Shown here piece after piece: positions 17,411 through 27,504 of a stretch of 46,983 bases of DNA. Positions within the stretch are counted from its first letter, which is position 1. Each line of letters begins with the position of its first letter. This stretch comes from Gaiellaceae bacterium. Its GTDB lineage: Bacteria; Actinomycetota; Thermoleophilia; Gaiellales; Gaiellaceae. A model generated the notes under the pieces. The model was not told where the DNA came from, searched no databases, and saw only the letters and a program-made list of their open reading frames with translations. The translations under genes were made by a program, and so were the position numbers. Location of the stretch: contig DATAUN010000071.1 in the NCBI GenBank assembly GCA_036268235.1, positions 1-46,983 on the forward strand. The letters run 5' to 3'.

Positions 17411-19125
17411 GAATCCGGGGGCGGATTGCTGCAGCAACGCTCGTCGTTGGGGTCGGGCTCGCCCTGCCCGCGGTCGCGTCGGCGCATGCCTACCTGACCA
17501 AGACCGTCCCGGCGGCAAGCGTCCAGCTGAGCAGTCCGCCCCCGAACATCCAGCTCACCTACGACGAGGCGGTCGAGCCTCGCTTCGCGGTGATCTCCGT
17601 CACCGATGTGAACGCGCACTCGGTGACGAGCGGCACCGTGACGCGCTCGCCGTCGAACCCCGACACGCTCATCATCCCGCTCAAGCGCATCCCCGAGGGC
17701 TGGTACCTCGTCTACTGGCGCGCGATCTCGGTCGACGGGCACCCGGTGCAGGGAGCGTTCACCTTCGCCGTCGGCCCGAACGCGGGTCCTGCGCCGCAAT
17801 TCGTGGTCCCGCACATCGCGCAGACGGCGACGTCGACGCCGCTTCTGATCGCGCGCTGGCTCTCGTTCCTCACCGTGATGACGGCGATCGGGCTCTTCAT
17901 CCTGCGCACACTCATTGCGCGGCCGCTCGTCGGTCGCGTGCCCGGAACGACGCTGCGCGGCGTCTCGGTCGCGTTCTTCGTCTCGGCGGCACTCGCGATC
18001 GTCGCGATCCCCGCCTACCTCGAGGAGTCGACGGCGATCGACTCGCTGCGCTCGTTCTTCTCGTTCGGCGCGCTCGTGCCACTCTGGCGGACGACGGCGT
18101 TCGGGCGCGGCTGGTTCGACCTGTGGATCTGTTTCCTGCTGTTCGTCTTCGCGGGCGCCGTCGCGCTCGCCGTCGACCGGCCCGAGCTGCCGCGGCGCAC
18201 GATCGCGTCCCTGCTCGCGCTCCCCGGCGCGCTCGCGGCGGCGGCAGCGGTGCTCGTCCTGCCGGGCGCAAGCGGCCACGCCGGCCAGACGTCGCCCCGG
18301 GGCCTCGCGGTGCTGTTGGACTGGCTGCACCTCGTCTCCGGGTCGGTGTGGCTCGGTGGACTGATCGGCCTGCTCGTGCTCTGGCGCAGCCTGCCGGCCG
18401 CGAAGCGCGTCGCCGGCCTCGTCGTCTGCGTGCCGCGCTTCTCGAACGTCGCGTTCGTCTCGGTGCTCGTGCTGCTCGGGAGCGGCGTGTGGGCGTCGAT
18501 CCTGCACCTGCCCGTGCTCGACGCGCTGTGGCTCACGAGCTACGGCAAGGTGATCCTGATCAAGGCGGCGATCCTGCTCGCGACGCTGCCGCTTGCTGCA
18601 GGCAACCTGCTCCGGAACAAGCCGCAACTCGGACGCGCCGAGCTGAGCGAGCGTGCCACGAAGCGGCTGCGCGCATTCGTCGCCGGTGAGGCGTTCCTCG
18701 TCGCCGGCGCAGTGTTCGCAGCCGCGCTGCTCTCGAGCCTCGCGCCGCCGCCGCCCGCCTTCGCGAAGGAGGGATCGGCACTCGCCAAGGTCGGGCCCGG
18801 CCGCGTCTCGTCGGTGTCGCACGTCGACGGCTACACGTTGAAGCTGCTCGTCAGCCCGAATCGCGCGATCGCCGAGAACGCCTTCGCGCTCGAGCTGAGC
18901 AGAGGCGGCAAGCCCGTGCGCGGCGCGACGGTCACGGCTGCGTTCAACCAGCTGGACATGGTGATGCCCCAGCAGGAGTACAGCCTCGTCGAGACGCAGC
19001 CCGGCCTCTACACGCGCAGGGCGGCGCCGCTCGTCATGGTCGGAACCTGGGGCCTCACGTTCGACGTCACACCGAAGCAGGGAACGCCGTTCGAGGCCAC
19101 GATCGTCGACCGGGCAAACGGATGA
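17407..19125 (+). CDS. CopC-CopD fusion protein (YcnJ-like) with a C-terminal YtkA/FixH-like domain
   Basis: Signal ...AVASA|HAYLTKTVP and W.A.S.DGHP.QG (CopC). At least 8 TM helices (CopD). C-terminal soluble domain GYTLKLLVSP...MVMPQQEYSL...GTWGLTFDV. ATGA overlap with ycnI. Confidence 0.9.
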   Translation: MRIRGRIAAATLVVGVGLALPAVASAHAYLTKTVPAASVQLSSPPPNIQLTYDEAVEPRFAVISVTDVNAHSVTSGTVTRSPSNPDTLIIPLKRIPEGWYLVYWRAISVDGHPVQGAFTFAVGPNAGPAPQFVVPHIAQTATSTPLLIARWLSFLTVMTAIGLFILRTLIARPLVGRVPGTTLRGVSVAFFVSAALAIVAIPAYLEESTAIDSLRSFFSFGALVPLWRTTAFGRGWFDLWICFLLFVFAGAVALAVDRPELPRRTIASLLALPGALAAAAAVLVLPGASGHAGQTSPRGLAVLLDWLHLVSGSVWLGGLIGLLVLWRSLPAAKRVAGLVVCVPRFSNVAFVSVLVLLGSGVWASILHLPVLDALWLTSYGKVILIKAAILLATLPLAAGNLLRNKPQLGRAELSERATKRLRAFVAGEAFLVAGAVFAAALLSSLAPPPPAFAKEGSALAKVGPGRVSSVSHVDGYTLKLLVSPNRAIAENAFALELSRGGKPVRGATVTAAFNQLDMVMPQQEYSLVETQPGLYTRRAAPLVMVGTWGLTFDVTPKQGTPFEATIVDRANG

Positions 19126-19229
19126 GAAACCTCCCACCCCAGCTGCTGCTCGCACTCTCGTTCGCGGCGCTCGCCGCAGGCGCGGTCGCCGTGATCCTCG
19201 CGGTGCTGATCCTGCGGACCGTGCTCTAG
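19122..19229 (+). CDS. Candidate 35-aa single-TM micro-protein translationally coupled to copCD
   Basis: ATG overlaps the copCD TGA (ATGA). Translation is MRNLPPQLLLALSFAALAAGAVAVILAVLILRTVL*. Below the ORF-track size cutoff. High GC3. Confidence 0.35.
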   Translation: MRNLPPQLLLALSFAALAAGAVAVILAVLILRTVL

Positions 19230-19232
19230 CGC

Positions 19233-19670
19233 CTACAACTGCGAGGGATGAGGCGGAACGACCGGCCTCGGGAAGATCGGCTCTGGAACCCAGTAGCCGC
19301 GGTAGTGGCCCCACTCCTCGGTCAACGCGCCGCCGGGCGAGAAGCAGAACTTGACGGCGTCGGTTTCCGGCGCGACGTTGAGCCGCAGGTTTGTTTTGTC
19401 GATCCGGTACACCAAGCAGTTTCCTTGTCTTTGTGTCGGCTGCCCGAGGGTGCTCCTCACTCCGTTGACATCGCAGAGATGCGCCGTTCCGAGCACGCAC
19501 GCGGAGCTTCGGGCGTCGGGAAGGATCGCCGGCCGAGCCACCTTCCCGACCGAGTGAAGTTTGGGTGAGTGCGACCTCACGAGTAGCGCCCCCGCCACGA
19601 ACGCGGCCGCGAGCCCGAGACAGATTCCCATCCCTGCCACGAGCCGTCGCCGGTTTTCGCCGAGTGCCAT
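19233..19670 (-). CDS. Membrane-anchored Cys-containing protein, unknown function
   Basis: 145 aa from the ATG at 19670 (MALGENRRRLVAGMGICLGLAAAFVAGALLV = N-terminal TM), with 4 Cys in the ectodomain. Sampled stretches are 57-60% GC. The upstream part of track ORF 19233..20270 is shadow of the Yip1 gene. Confidence 0.5.
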   Translation of the reverse strand: MALGENRRRLVAGMGICLGLAAAFVAGALLVRSHSPKLHSVGKVARPAILPDARSSACVLGTAHLCDVNGVRSTLGQPTQRQGNCLVYRIDKTNLRLNVAPETDAVKFCFSPGGALTEEWGHYRGYWVPEPIFPRPVVPPHPSQL

Positions 19671-19672
19671 GG

Positions 19673-20296
19673 CTAGAGCGAGACGAGCACTGCGACGGCG
19701 ATCGGCGCCGCGACCGCGAGCAGCGTCGCCGCCAGCGCGCGCTGCCGCGTCCAGCCGTGCACCGAGCGCACGCCGATCACGAGCAGCACGAGCGCCCAGA
19801 CGAAAAACCCGTACGTGAGCAGGTCGAACACGCCACCGCCGAGCCCCGTGTCGCGGCCGCCTGTGTGGAACCAGTCGCTCCCGTAGAGCGAGAGCTTCAC
19901 CGGCCAGAGGACGAGCGAGAGCGCCATCGGGACGCACGCGAACGCGAGCACGTGCCGCGAGCGGCGATAGCTGCCCTGCGAGCCGAACAGCTTGACGCTG
20001 CCGTGCAGCAGCGCGCCGATCGCGAAGTAGCCGAACGCGCCGTAGATCAGCCCGAAGAGGAACGCCCAGATCGCGGTGAGCGTCGCGTCGAACGTGCCGT
20101 CGTCCATCAGGTGCGCGGCCGTGCCGGTCGTGAGCACGGCGGCGATCCCCGCGAGGATCACGACCAGGAGGATCGGCTCGGCGCGGTCGGCGGACGACTC
20201 CTTGCTGTCGTTGCGCAGCGCGACGAACACCGGGCGCGGCCGCTGCAGCACGAGCAGCGTGCGGAGCCACCAGTCGTGGACGCCGTCGGCGTCCAC
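19673..20296 (-). CDS. Yip1-family integral membrane protein
   Basis: Five hydrophobic helices with a Yip1-like layout (ILLVVILAGIAAVL, AIWAFLFGLIYGAFGYFAIGALL, VLAFACVPMALSLVLWPV, FDLLTYGFFVWALVLLVIG, LAATLLAVAAPIAVAVLV). GTG at 20296 chosen because the upstream gene stops at 20301. Confidence 0.6.
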   Translation of the reverse strand: MDADGVHDWWLRTLLVLQRPRPVFVALRNDSKESSADRAEPILLVVILAGIAAVLTTGTAAHLMDDGTFDATLTAIWAFLFGLIYGAFGYFAIGALLHGSVKLFGSQGSYRRSRHVLAFACVPMALSLVLWPVKLSLYGSDWFHTGGRDTGLGGGVFDLLTYGFFVWALVLLVIGVRSVHGWTRQRALAATLLAVAAPIAVAVLVSL

Positions 20297-20300
20297 GGGC

Positions 20301-20509
20301 TCAGTCCGAGACGGTGATGACGCTGCCGTCATGACACTTGTAGTCGACTGTTCCGAGCATGTCGGAGCGCTGAGAGACCGGCGGCTTTCCATCCTTGCAG
20401 AGCGTGTGATCACGGTTGTGCCACGCCGCGGCCATGCCGCCCGCAAAGAGCACGACGCACACGCCGGCGAGGGCAAGCAGGACGGTGCGCCGACTCGTCC
20501 AGTTCCGGT

Positions 20510-20513
<4 letters not shown>
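20301..20513 (-). CDS. Small (70 aa) N-terminally anchored Cys-containing protein, coupled to the uvrA stop
   Basis: GTG overlaps the uvrA TGA (GTGA). TM segment [20 protein letters not shown], then CKDG...[12 protein letters not shown] sampled 60-nt stretch is about 57% GC. Confidence 0.5.
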
Positions 20514-23347
<2,834 letters not shown>

Positions 23348-23367
23348 GGGACGGCCATTGTACCGCG

Positions 23368-23381
23368 CGAACGTGTGTTCG
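23368..23381. promoter_or_regulatory. LexA (SOS/Cheo-type) box CGAACGTGTGTTCG, 21-34 nt upstream of the uvrA ATG in the divergent intergenic region
   Basis: Perfect match to the core CGAAC-N4-GTTCG of the actinobacterial/Gram-positive consensus TCGAAC-N4-GTTCGA. uvrA is a canonical SOS gene. Confidence 0.65.
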
Positions 23382-23411
23382 TACAGGGGTGATCTCTATT
23401 CTCCCGAGGGC

Positions 23412-23798
23412 GTGGGCTCGCCGGACTTCGACCTCGTTGCTGCTTCGCTGCGCGCCGACCGCGGCGACCTCGAAGCCTTCGTCGAGGCGCTCGCCGTGAA
23501 GCTCGAGGGCGCCTTGCCCGGGGCGGCGAGAGTGAGCCGCGGGGGCGGCCGGCTCTTCGGCGGGGGCACGAAGCGCGTCGAGCGAATCGCGGTGCAGCTC
23601 GGCCCCGACGAGTACGAGCTGGAGCACGGACGAGGAGCGCTCGATTGCCGCCGGCGGACCGTCGTGCGCGGCATCGCGCTCAAGAACGAGACTCTGTCGG
23701 TGGACGAGTGGATCGACGCGGTCTCGCGCGCGCTCGTCGCCGAAGCCGACGAGAGCGAGCATGCGCGCATCGCGCTCGAGAGGCTGCTCGACGCATGA
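23412..23798 (+). CDS. Hypothetical protein (~128 aa), first gene of the operon divergent from uvrA
   Basis: High GC3. C-terminal region ...SVDEWIDAVSRALVAEADESEHARIALERLL. The stop overlaps the next ATG (ATGA). The start is uncertain. The GTG at 23412 is proposed, the in-frame GTG at 23373 lies inside the SOS box, and the track start at 23211 is inside uvrA. Confidence 0.5.
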   Translation: MGSPDFDLVAASLRADRGDLEAFVEALAVKLEGALPGAARVSRGGGRLFGGGTKRVERIAVQLGPDEYELEHGRGALDCRRRTVVRGIALKNETLSVDEWIDAVSRALVAEADESEHARIALERLLDA

Positions 23799-24682
23799 CC
23801 GACGAGCGCAGCGCCCGCGATCTCGCGTCGATCGAGGCGGGCGGCATCCCGCTCGCGGCGCAGGAGCGCCTCGACGCGGTCAAGGCGCGCGGCGGACGAT
23901 TCTTCACGAGCGACCTGTCGACGAACGAGTTTCTCCTGACGCGGCAGGCGGGCTTCCAGCCGATCACGCAGGTGATGGGCTCGAGCGTCTACCACGTCGG
24001 CTGGCAGCAGATGCCTTGGGCGTCGTCGTGGTCGTTCCCGGACGGCGGCTCGACCGAGCTCGACGTGATCACCAACGCCTGGAACGAGGCGCGCGGCCGC
24101 GCGCTCGGGCGGCTCGCCGAGGAGGCCAAGCGCGCGGGCGCGGACGCGGTCGTCGGTGTCAGGCTCGCGCGCGGCGGCTTCGAGTGGATGGGCGACCTCG
24201 TCGAGTTCACCTCGTTCGGAACGGCGATGCGCTCGACGCGCTACGCCATCGAGGACGCCCCCGTGCTCTCGAACCTGTCCGGCCAGGACTTCGCGAAGCT
24301 CTATCTGAACGGCTACTGGCCGGTCGGCCTCGTCGCGGCGACGAGCGTGACCTACATCGTGTCGAGCTGGTCGACGCAGCGCGCCCAGCGCGGCTTCGCA
24401 GCGCGGATGCAGAACCAGGAGCTGACCGACTACACCCAAGGGCTCTACGACGCGCGCACCCGCGCGATCATGCGCCTCCAGCGGCAAGCGCACGAGGCCG
24501 GCGCGCACGGCGTCGTCGGCGTCGAGATCGAGCAGCACCACGCGGAGCGCGAGGTCGAGCAAAACGGCTCGCGCACGGATTTGATCGTCACGTTGCACGT
24601 CGTAGGAACCGCAATCGTCGAGCTCGCGACCGATGAGCTCCCGCCCACGTACATCGCCCTATCCCTGAAGGAGAACGCATGA
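23795..24682 (+). CDS. Protein with two tandem YbjQ/UPF0145 (DUF74, so-called heavy-metal-binding) domains
   Basis: Domain 1 is FFTSDLSTNEFLL...EARGRALGRLAEEAKRAGADAVVGVRL...FTSFGTAM. Domain 2 is LSGQDFAKL...DARTRAIMRLQRQAHEAGAHGVVGVEI...LHVVGTAI. 295 aa from the ATG at 23795. Confidence 0.8.
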   Translation: MTDERSARDLASIEAGGIPLAAQERLDAVKARGGRFFTSDLSTNEFLLTRQAGFQPITQVMGSSVYHVGWQQMPWASSWSFPDGGSTELDVITNAWNEARGRALGRLAEEAKRAGADAVVGVRLARGGFEWMGDLVEFTSFGTAMRSTRYAIEDAPVLSNLSGQDFAKLYLNGYWPVGLVAATSVTYIVSSWSTQRAQRGFAARMQNQELTDYTQGLYDARTRAIMRLQRQAHEAGAHGVVGVEIEQHHAEREVEQNGSRTDLIVTLHVVGTAIVELATDELPPTYIALSLKENA

Positions 24683-25542
24683 GCGACGACCTCCAAGAGC
24701 AGGAGCAGTACGAGGCCGGATCGACGGTCGGCATCCCCGAGCACGGCCGCGAGCGGCTCGCGAAGATGAAGGGCCACGGCTTCTTCACGAGCGACCTCTC
24801 CGTGAACGAGTTCCTGCTCGTCAAGGAGGCCGGCTTCGATCCGCTCGGGCTCGTCGTCGGCAGCTCGATCTACCACATCGGCTTCCAGGCGGGGCAGTGG
24901 AACCAGAGCCAGGAGATGGACGTCCTGACGCAGGCGATGTACCACGCGCGCGAGCTCGCGATGACGCGGATGGAGGAGGAGGCCGACCAGCTCGGCGCGG
25001 ACGGGGTCGTCGGCGTGCGGCTCGACGTGTCGCGGTACGAATGGGGCGGCGAGCTTGCGGAGTTCATCGCGATCGGCACCGCGGTGCGCCATCGCGAAGG
25101 CGTCCTGCATCGCGCGCCCAACGGTCGCCCGTTCACGAGCGACCTCACCGGCCAGGACTTCTGGACGCTCCTCTCCGCCGGCTACCGGCCGGTCGGGATG
25201 GTCATGGGCACGTGCGTCTACCACGTCGCGCACCAGGGCCTCAGCGGCTGGTTCAAGCGCGTCGGCCGCAACACGGAGATGCCGAACTACACGCAGGCGC
25301 TCTACGACGCGCGCGAGCTGGCGATGGAGCGGATGCAGACGGAGGCGGAAGCGCTCGGCGCGGAGGGCATCGTCGGCGTGCAGCTGCACGAGGGCTCGCA
25401 CGGCTGGAGCTCGCACGTGATCGAGTACTTCGCCGTCGGCACGGCGATCGTCCCGACCTCGGACGACCACACGATCCCGACGCCGTCCCTGGTGCTCACT
25501 CTGAACGACGGCCCGCGGCAGGACCGGCTCAGCGGCTTCTAG
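24679..25542 (+). CDS. Paralogous protein with two tandem YbjQ/UPF0145 domains
   Basis: FFTSDLSVNEFLL...HARELAMTRMEEEADQLGADGVVGVRL...FIAIGTAV, then LTGQDFWTL...DARELAMERMQTEAEALGAEGIVGVQL...YFAVGTAI. ATGA overlap with the upstream paralog. Confidence 0.8.
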   Translation: MSDDLQEQEQYEAGSTVGIPEHGRERLAKMKGHGFFTSDLSVNEFLLVKEAGFDPLGLVVGSSIYHIGFQAGQWNQSQEMDVLTQAMYHARELAMTRMEEEADQLGADGVVGVRLDVSRYEWGGELAEFIAIGTAVRHREGVLHRAPNGRPFTSDLTGQDFWTLLSAGYRPVGMVMGTCVYHVAHQGLSGWFKRVGRNTEMPNYTQALYDARELAMERMQTEAEALGAEGIVGVQLHEGSHGWSSHVIEYFAVGTAIVPTSDDHTIPTPSLVLTLNDGPRQDRLSGF

Positions 25543-25576
25543 GTTCACGTCACGCGCCGCGGGGAATGTCCGCGCG

Positions 25577-26632
25577 ATGACCGGGACCGCCAAACGCGTC
25601 GCGATCGCCACGCTCGTCGCCGGCGGGATCGTCGTCGTCGGCCTCGCGCTCTGGAAGCTCCGCCTGGTGGTCGGGCTCCTGTTCGCGGCGATGATCATCG
25701 CCGCCGCGCTGCGCCCGAGCGTCGAGTGGCTCGTGCGCCGCCGGACGCCGAAGGTGGCCGCGGTGCTGATCCACTACGTCGTGCTCTTCGGGATGATCGG
25801 CGTCGCTCTCGCCTACGCCGGGCCCGCGGCGAAGCACCAGGTCGACCATGCGTTGAGCCCGAGCGGCAAGGCGGCGATCGCGCACGCGGCGAAGCACTCG
25901 ACCGGCGTCAAGCATCAGCTGCTCGTTGCGCTGCAGAAGCGGCTGAATCACCTGCCGTCGAAATCGCAGCTGATCAAGCCCGCTGCGCAGATTGGCCTGA
26001 AGGCGTTCGAGGTCCTGATCGGCGTCTTCTTCACGTTCGCGGCGGCGGCGTACTGGATCTTCGAGCGCGACAAGGCAGTGGACGTCGTGTGCTCGTTGCT
26101 CGAGCGACCGAAGCGCAAAAAGGTGCGCGACACGTGGACGCTGATCGACCTTCGCCTCGGCGCGTTCGTGCGCGGTCAGGTGCTGTTGATCTGCGCGGTC
26201 GGCACCGCGCTCTCGCTCGCGTTCTGGGCGATCGGCGAGCCGTACTGGATCCTCGTCGGCAGCTTCGCCGGGCTCGTCGAGATGATCCCCGTGATCGGGC
26301 CGCTCTCCGCGGGTGTGCTCGCAGTCGCGGTTGGGTTCACGGCGTCGGTGACGGTGGCGATCGCCGCGGCGATTTGCGTGCTCGCGGTGCGCCTGCTGGA
26401 GGACTACGCGGTCATGCCGAAGGTGCTCGGCGACGCCGTGGGGCTCTCGCCGCTCCTCGTGCTCGTGTCGGTGACGGCCGTCGGGATCCTCTTCAGCGGC
26501 TGGGCGGTGCTGTTCGCGGTGCCGATCGCCGCGGTCGCGATGACGCTGTTCGACGTGGTGCTGCGCGACGTCGACCCCGCCGAGGAAGACGTTCCGGCGG
26601 TGATCTTCTCACCGAAGGAGGCGGAGGCTTAG
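25577..26632 (+). CDS. AI-2E family transporter (PerM/UPF0118)
   Basis: 351 aa, about 8 TM helices, and a conserved C-terminal block [20 protein letters not shown] typical of the family. Confidence 0.85.
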   Translation: MTGTAKRVAIATLVAGGIVVVGLALWKLRLVVGLLFAAMIIAAALRPSVEWLVRRRTPKVAAVLIHYVVLFGMIGVALAYAGPAAKHQVDHALSPSGKAAIAHAAKHSTGVKHQLLVALQKRLNHLPSKSQLIKPAAQIGLKAFEVLIGVFFTFAAAAYWIFERDKAVDVVCSLLERPKRKKVRDTWTLIDLRLGAFVRGQVLLICAVGTALSLAFWAIGEPYWILVGSFAGLVEMIPVIGPLSAGVLAVAVGFTASVTVAIAAAICVLAVRLLEDYAVMPKVLGDAVGLSPLLVLVSVTAVGILFSGWAVLFAVPIAAVAMTLFDVVLRDVDPAEEDVPAVIFSPKEAEA

Positions 26633-27129
26633 GCGAGCGCCGCTGCGAACGCGTTGTACGCCTCGTCGTTGAAGAGCACGAAGCGCACGAGGTCGAGGTC
26701 GTGGCCGTGCGCGCGCACGGTCTCGACGGCGATCGCGGCAGCCTGCGCGACGGGGTAGCCGTAGACACCGCACGAAATCGCAGGAAACGCGACCTTCCGC
26801 ACGCCGAGCTCGCGCGCGACGTCGAGCGAACGCCGGTGCGCGGATGCGAGCAGCTCCGGCTCGCCGTGGTCGCCGCCGTGCCAGACCGGGCCGACCGTGT
26901 GGATCACGTAGCGGGCGGCGAGCCGGCCGCCGTGCGTCGCCTTCGCATCGCCGGCGTTGCAGCCGCCGAGCAGGCGGCACTCCTCGAGCAGCTCGGGGCC
27001 GGCCGCGCGATGGATCGCCCCGTCCACCCCGCCCCCGCCGAGCAGCGTCGCGTTCGCAGCGTTGACGATCGCATCGACGTCCTGCGCCGTGATGTCGCCG
27101 CGGACAATGTCGATGGCGGCCACGTCCAT
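26629..27129 (-). CDS. Macro-domain protein (O-acetyl-ADP-ribose deacetylase / YmdB-like)
   Basis: [43 protein letters not shown], and [13 protein letters not shown]. Confidence 0.9.
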   Translation of the reverse strand: MDVAAIDIVRGDITAQDVDAIVNAANATLLGGGGVDGAIHRAAGPELLEECRLLGGCNAGDAKATHGGRLAARYVIHTVGPVWHGGDHGEPELLASAHRRSLDVARELGVRKVAFPAISCGVYGYPVAQAAAIAVETVRAHGHDLDLVRFVLFNDEAYNAFAAALA

Positions 27130-27133
27130 GTGC

Positions 27134-27148
27134 GTAACAGTCTGTTAC
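27134..27148. promoter_or_regulatory. 15-bp palindrome GTAACAGTCTGTTAC, copy 1 (5 nt upstream of the macro-domain start codon)
   Basis: Read directly. Perfect 7-1-7 palindrome, AT-rich in a >70% GC context. The identical copy is 65 bp away. Confidence 0.5.
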
Positions 27149-27198
27149 AAGCTCGGCTCGAGGCGCGGCGGCTCCACGCGTTGCGCGCTTCGAAGCTT

Positions 27199-27213
27199 GT
27201 AACAGTCTGTTAC
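27199..27213. promoter_or_regulatory. 15-bp palindrome GTAACAGTCTGTTAC, copy 2
   Basis: Identical to copy 1. The flanks also mirror each other (..TTACAAGCT / AGCTTGTAA..), giving 20-nt arms separated by 40 nt. Confidence 0.5.
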
Positions 27214-27233
27214 TAGCTCGGGATGCGGGACGC

Positions 27234-27476
27234 TCAGGCCTTGCGCCAGCGGCCGAAGATCAGGCCGCCGATCGTGAAGCCGAGGCCGAACGTGCCGAAG
27301 GCGAAGCCGCCGATCGCGATGCCCTTGCGCCACGTCGACAGGCGCTGCCAGCGGCCGAGCGCCTCGCGCTCGTCGGCCGTCAGCGGCTCGCCGCGACGCT
27401 GCTTACGGAGCGCACCGCCTGCGCGCAAGCCGAGATAAAGGTCATCGAAGATCTCCGTCGACTGTTCGTCGGCCAT
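27234..27476 (-). CDS. Small (80 aa) membrane protein, unknown function
   Basis: ATG at 27476. Gly-rich TM segment GIAIGGFAFGTFGLGFTIGGLIFG at the C-terminus. The rest of track ORF 27234..27839 is shadow of the phosphoesterase gene. Confidence 0.5.
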   Translation of the reverse strand: MADEQSTEIFDDLYLGLRAGGALRKQRRGEPLTADEREALGRWQRLSTWRKGIAIGGFAFGTFGLGFTIGGLIFGRWRKA

Positions 27477-27504
27477 CTCGCTCACTGTATAGCCTGCTTC
27501 GCCG

